Positions 35,391 through 39,421 of a DNA stretch of 39,421 nucleotides are shown here, piece by piece. Below the pieces are notes generated by a model. That model made no database searches. It was not told where the DNA came from and worked only from the letters and a program-made list of their open reading frames with translations. The position numbers and the translations under genes are program-made. The stretch's first letter is position 1. Every line of letters starts with the position of its first letter. The DNA is from a virus (taxonomy: Duplodnaviria > Caudoviricetes), in the IMG/VR virus record IMGVR_UViG_3300014656_001725, positions 1 through 39,421 of that record; one strand, 5' to 3'.

Positions 35391-36339
35391 AGAAAGGTAT
35401 CTGATATTTTCTAATAGGAATCTCCAGGTTACACCTCTCTGCTATCTCTATGGTATTCCAGAATGCTTGTTCCACTCCCAGTTTAACTGCTTCTCGAAAC
35501 ATTTCTTCCTGTTCCCGGATATAGAACTTACCATTATAGCTAAGGACTCCGCTGGATTTATAATCAGTAAATGTCATCTTGAGCTGTTGAGCCATTAGAA
35601 ATGAGTGAGTTGGAGCATCTTCGGCGGTTAAGTAGTGAGCATCTGTAGTTAGGACTAATGATATATCATTCTCCCGCGCGGTGGAAATGTCCCATTTGTT
35701 AAACTCTCTGACCTCCCACATATCGTGAGGTTGAATCTCTAAATAGAACCTATCTCCAAAGATATGTTTGAGTTCAAGGACTCTTCTCTTGCCTTCGCCT
35801 TGAGTGTCTTGGGCTGTTTTGGTCTCCTTATCGTATAGGAATCCTCTAATACCCTTTTCTGTATCTAAACGGCGGGCAACAACTCCTGCCAAACAGGCAC
35901 TAGTAGCTATTAAACCCTCATTATGAGTGAGTAAATGCCCCCACCATATACGAGGCTTATAGTAGAAATTATATAGATTAGCCTGGTTTATCATCCAAAT
36001 GAGGTTCCTCCATCCTGTCTGGTTCATACAGAGAAGGACCATATGTCTATTATCTTTGACTTTTTGTTCTTGAGGAGTGTTGTCTGGGTTGTCAGTTACA
36101 TATACCTCGCAGCCCAAGATAGGTTTGACTCCCTGTTTCCTACATTCCTTATAGAACTCTATTGACCCATAGAGATTGCCATGATTAGTCTCTGCTACTG
36201 CAGGCATCCCTAATGTCTTTACTCGGCTTACAAGGTCTGGTATCTTCATAGCTCCATCCAGAAGAGAAAAATGGTCATGGACATGAAGATGGACAAAGTC
36301 CTTGGGATTCACTACTGCTCCTGTAGGATTAATTCCCAC
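35338..36339 (-). CDS. dnaE: DnaE PHP domain as a separate ORF
   Basis: HLHVHDHFSLLDG, TNHG, GCE.Y, H.VLL, SACLAG, TDAHY, IAERC. Confidence 0.92.
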   Translation of the reverse strand: MGINPTGAVVNPKDFVHLHVHDHFSLLDGAMKIPDLVSRVKTLGMPAVAETNHGNLYGSIEFYKECRKQGVKPILGCEVYVTDNPDNTPQEQKVKDNRHMVLLCMNQTGWRNLIWMINQANLYNFYYKPRIWWGHLLTHNEGLIATSACLAGVVARRLDTEKGIRGFLYDKETKTAQDTQGEGKRRVLELKHIFGDRFYLEIQPHDMWEVREFNKWDISTARENDISLVLTTDAHYLTAEDAPTHSFLMAQQLKMTFTDYKSSGVLSYNGKFYIREQEEMFREAVKLGVEQAFWNTIEIAERCNLEIPIRKYQIPFYDITKAEDYDEFLQSSR

Positions 36340-36608
36340 CTTGTTTTCTTAGCCGGGGGAATAGTTTTCTCCTTCTCAGATAGAAACTCATTATTGTAGA
36401 GTATATGGGCGAGGAGGCCATTTATTTCAGAACCTTTCCAAGTCAGAAGTATATATTTGACTAGATTGTTATCTTTATCTGTTAGCTCAACTATGTATTC
36501 TTCTTCTTTTATCCATATATGAAGCTTACATAGTCTATTCTTGAACCAGACCTCTCCTATGTAGTGGGGAGAGTGGTATCCAGCTCCGCTGAAACCATTT
36601 AGGGACAT
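36312..36608 (-). CDS. Hypothetical protein
   Basis: Tiles between recA and dnaE. Confidence 0.55.
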   Translation of the reverse strand: MSLNGFSGAGYHSPHYIGEVWFKNRLCKLHIWIKEEEYIVELTDKDNNLVKYILLTWKGSEINGLLAHILYNNEFLSEKEKTIPPAKKTRWELILQEQ

Positions 36609-37597
36609 ACTATTCTTTGATATATTTCTTCACATTTCGCTGGGTCAGATCGGAGTAGCTCAATAGTCTTATCCCGGCCATAACCAAGGGCTTCTTCGTC
36701 CATCTTGTATGATGCCCCAGACTTAGTGATAATTTCCATTCCTACTCCTGTGTCTAATAAGTCTGCTATCTTGTCTATTCCCTGTCCATAGGTGATATCA
36801 AACTCATGTTCCCTAAATGGTGGATAGACCTTATTTTTGACAACTTTAATCTTTGTTCTATTCCCTACTATATCTGTTCCATTTTTGTTAAGGCCAATGC
36901 GTCTGATGTCTACTCTAACTGTAGAGTAGAACTTAAGTCCAAGGCCACCTGTAGTAACCTCTGGATTACCCCAGACAACCCCAACCTTCTGTCTAATTTG
37001 ATTTATCCAGATAATAGTACAGCCTACTTTATGGATAATGCCAGTCAGCTTTCTCATTGCTTGGGACATGAGCATTGCATGCTTACCCATATTACTCTCG
37101 CCCATTTGTTTTTCTAATTCCTGACGTGGTACGAGAGCTGCTACGCTATCTACTACTGCTAAAGATATCTCATTTGATCTAATGACTGTCTCTAGAATGT
37201 TTAGAGCGTCTTCGCCACAATCTGGTTGTGAAATTAGGAGATTATCCCAATCTACCCCAATTGTAGTAGCATAGATTGGCTCTAATGCATGTTCCATGTC
37301 AACATAAAGAGCATTCTCACCAAGCTTTTGAACTTCAGCTACTGCATGAAGGGCTACTGTTGTTTTCCCAGAACCCTCCATTCCTAGTAATTCTACATGT
37401 CTTGCTCTTGGCCAGCCGCCGCCTAGGGCTCTATCAATACCAACAGATTGAGAGCTAAAGCGCTCTATATTCAGCGAGCTTCCGGAGTTACCAGTAAAGA
37501 TTGCCCCTGGGTATTCTTTTTCTAAAGATTGTCGGGCCAGGGTTAGTCCTGAAATCTGTGATTTTTCTTGTTCTACTTCCTTCTTCTTACGTCCCAT
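36599..37597 (-). CDS. recA: Recombinase RecA
   Basis: GMEGSGKTT, DMEHAL, SQPD.GE, VDSVAALVP, MSQAMRK, INQIR, GG..LKFY, VVKNK. Confidence 0.97.
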   Translation of the reverse strand: MGRKKKEVEQEKSQISGLTLARQSLEKEYPGAIFTGNSGSSLNIERFSSQSVGIDRALGGGWPRARHVELLGMEGSGKTTVALHAVAEVQKLGENALYVDMEHALEPIYATTIGVDWDNLLISQPDCGEDALNILETVIRSNEISLAVVDSVAALVPRQELEKQMGESNMGKHAMLMSQAMRKLTGIIHKVGCTIIWINQIRQKVGVVWGNPEVTTGGLGLKFYSTVRVDIRRIGLNKNGTDIVGNRTKIKVVKNKVYPPFREHEFDITYGQGIDKIADLLDTGVGMEIITKSGASYKMDEEALGYGRDKTIELLRSDPAKCEEIYQRIVCP

Positions 37598-37913
37598 GCT
37601 TGCCCTTAAATTGTTTTATCGCGCTGCGCCTGAGATATTCTATCTCCAAGTCTACATTCTGTAGTAGAGTCTCTGGAGATACTTCTTTGTCTCCCCACAT
37701 GAATCTATACTCATCGTCGAATATGAATCCACTAGCTGTATCCCATAGCTCTCTTTTACTTCCTGACGGATGATTAAAATAACCAAGGTAGTCTCTCATT
37801 GCTTCCTCAGTCACCTTGAGAATTAGAATCCTACATTCTTCTGGATTCGGGGTATATCTACTTAAGTAGAATTTAACTTGATTATATTTGTGCCAAACAT
37901 CATATCTGTCCAT
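37587..37913 (-). CDS. Hypothetical protein
   Basis: ORF track; no SD, directly after a putative promoter. Confidence 0.6.
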   Translation of the reverse strand: MDRYDVWHKYNQVKFYLSRYTPNPEECRILILKVTEEAMRDYLGYFNHPSGSKRELWDTASGFIFDDEYRFMWGDKEVSPETLLQNVDLEIEYLRRSAIKQFKGKHGT

Positions 37914-37920
37914 TCATGTG

Positions 37921-37949
37921 ATATTACTAAAGAAATAAGAAGGATACAA
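37921..37949 (-). promoter_or_regulatory. Putative sigma70-type promoter
   Basis: TTGTAT-17 nt-TAATAT in the intergenic gap, 7 nt before ATG 37913. Confidence 0.45.
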
Positions 37950-37960
37950 TGAATAAAATT

Positions 37961-39421
37961 TTAGTCTTGGTCCTCTGTTATAACACTGCAAGATCCCTCC
38001 CCATCACAATACTTATGTACATGACCCTCTGTTTCCTGAAAGCCTTTCCATTTTATGGGATTTAGCTTACTTAAAGCCTCTGTATATTGAGATAATGTTA
38101 TAGGCTGGTATGGAGCGTGCTCATACTTGTGGTCTGTGAGAGGAAGGAAACTAACTGATTTTAAACGAGTTTCATAAAGTTCTAGTGCTCTTTTAATGTC
38201 TTTTGCTTCTTCTGGTTTGAAAGTCACTGTACATGAAACCTGGTTATCACTCCAATAAGCCTGATGCTGGGCCACTAATTCTAATTGTTCCCAGATACTC
38301 ACATCTTTTCGGGCGCGAGAGAAGTTCTCTTCCCGAACAGGGAAGTATACGGCTACTGTGTTATGTCCTTCTGCTTGTTCGATTCTATATCCTACTTTCT
38401 TGAGCTTGTCTACTAGCTCGGATGATGCATCCATCCTAATAGTTCGCCAGTAGTGTTTAGCTATAGGAAAATGAATTCCTGGTGTAGCCCCAGGGAGAAG
38501 ACTTATTGAACCGCTTGGCTTAACACTCGTTAGCTTTTTGGAACGCGGGATACAAAGCCAGTCTGAATAGACCTGGTCTAAGTGTCTGAGATATTTGTAT
38601 CCTTCATCACACCACTGTAAATGTTTTCTAATTCCATGCTTTTGAATACTTTGAATAATACCACTCATAGAGAGACCAATCTGTCTACTTCGTAGTAATA
38701 CTGCATTTGATCTCGCATAGTGGGTAGGGAGAAGGGTAACTGTTTTAGCAAATAAGTAAGCAAACTTTAGAGTTCTCTTATATTGTTCAAATGTATCATG
38801 TCGGGCTGGAAAGGTCTCTGGGACTAAACAGAATGCAGCATTTTCAAGACTTACCTCCCCGCAAGGATTTGTAAGGATAATACTGTTATCTGGTTGGCTA
38901 TGTTTTAGGTCAGCCATTCGACCATAGTTTCTAGCGTTTTCTAACCAAAAATATCCAGGTTCACCATTATTAATGGTGAGTTCTGCTACTTTAGAATAAT
39001 CCATTCCTAATTCGGCTAAGATACTATTATTTGATGCCCAGCCCCAAGTCTTCATACGCTCGCTATTTATTGATGGGTCTTTGAGATGTAGAAAATCTAT
39101 GTCTGATGGGTCTCCGAGTGCAATTGAAGCTGATCTTCTAATATTTCCTGAGACTACACATCTAGCTATAGCATTAAATATATCAACGATAGCAGTAGAT
39201 GTAATAGATTGACCAATTAAAGGCTTGAGAACAATATGGATATCTTCTTCTACCAATTGTTTTAAAGGTAGTGGTCCAGAACTCGTTCCACCAAAAGTTC
39301 TGATTGGTTCTCCATAAGCCCTAACCTGAGAATAATCTATCTTATCTGGTAGTGCTCCTTTCCCTAAATATGCATCTATTATTGTTCTTATTATTTCTAC
39401 CCAACCTTCTCTACTATCTTC
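37961..39421 (-). CDS. nrdJ: Class II (B12-dependent) monomeric ribonucleotide reductase, 5' end outside the window
   Basis: Frame open to the edge (DSREGW, FGGTSSGP); GNIRRSA, GEPG, NPCGE, VKPSG, DNQVS.TVTF, APY, terminal CDG..SC. Confidence 0.95.
   Translation of the reverse strand, partial: EDSREGWVEIIRTIIDAYLGKGALPDKIDYSQVRAYGEPIRTFGGTSSGPLPLKQLVEEDIHIVLKPLIGQSITSTAIVDIFNAIARCVVSGNIRRSASIALGDPSDIDFLHLKDPSINSERMKTWGWASNNSILAELGMDYSKVAELTINNGEPGYFWLENARNYGRMADLKHSQPDNSIILTNPCGEVSLENAAFCLVPETFPARHDTFEQYKRTLKFAYLFAKTVTLLPTHYARSNAVLLRSRQIGLSMSGIIQSIQKHGIRKHLQWCDEGYKYLRHLDQVYSDWLCIPRSKKLTSVKPSGSISLLPGATPGIHFPIAKHYWRTIRMDASSELVDKLKKVGYRIEQAEGHNTVAVYFPVREENFSRARKDVSIWEQLELVAQHQAYWSDNQVSCTVTFKPEEAKDIKRALELYETRLKSVSFLPLTDHKYEHAPYQPITLSQYTEALSKLNPIKWKGFQETEGHVHKYCDGEGSCSVITEDQD

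Noticed and set aside
3101-37773. Opposite-strand or nested ORFs in the track (e.g. 4248-4529, 17530-17943, 34360-34836, 36806-37117)
   Set aside because: They shadow well-supported genes and lack RBS or recognisable motifs
32709-39421. Introns or inteins in dnaE, recA or nrdJ
   Set aside because: Motifs are collinear at normal spacing with no splice-junction signatures in the visible part

Overview
A gene-dense, AT-rich segment that looks like part of a large tailed dsDNA phage genome, in two convergent blocks. The + block (1-14599) holds a glycosyltransferase/methyltransferase cluster, holin-like and tail-fibre-like genes, a primase-helicase fusion, four PD-(D/E)XK-fold proteins, a possible spanin, an amidase endolysin and a sigma-like factor. 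The - block (14583-39421) holds class II ribonucleotide reductase, RecA, a two-gene DnaE, phosphoesterases, a GMP-reductase/IMPDH-family gene near a canonical PurA, a ThyX-like protein, a GHKL ATPase, an RNA ligase, a frameshifted dCMP deaminase, an intein-containing PhoH, an AAA+ ATPase and a family-4 uracil-DNA glycosylase. Main candidates: a G-to-A (and C-to-T) nucleotide-pool rerouting module, a Pro1 class 3 intein at an unusual PhoH site, the split DnaE, a possible virion glycosylation cluster, a homing-endonuclease fossil at the RNA ligase start, and a possible one-protein spanin with inverted topology. I found no tRNA, rRNA or CRISPR array by eye. All family calls come from motif recognition; no database search was run.
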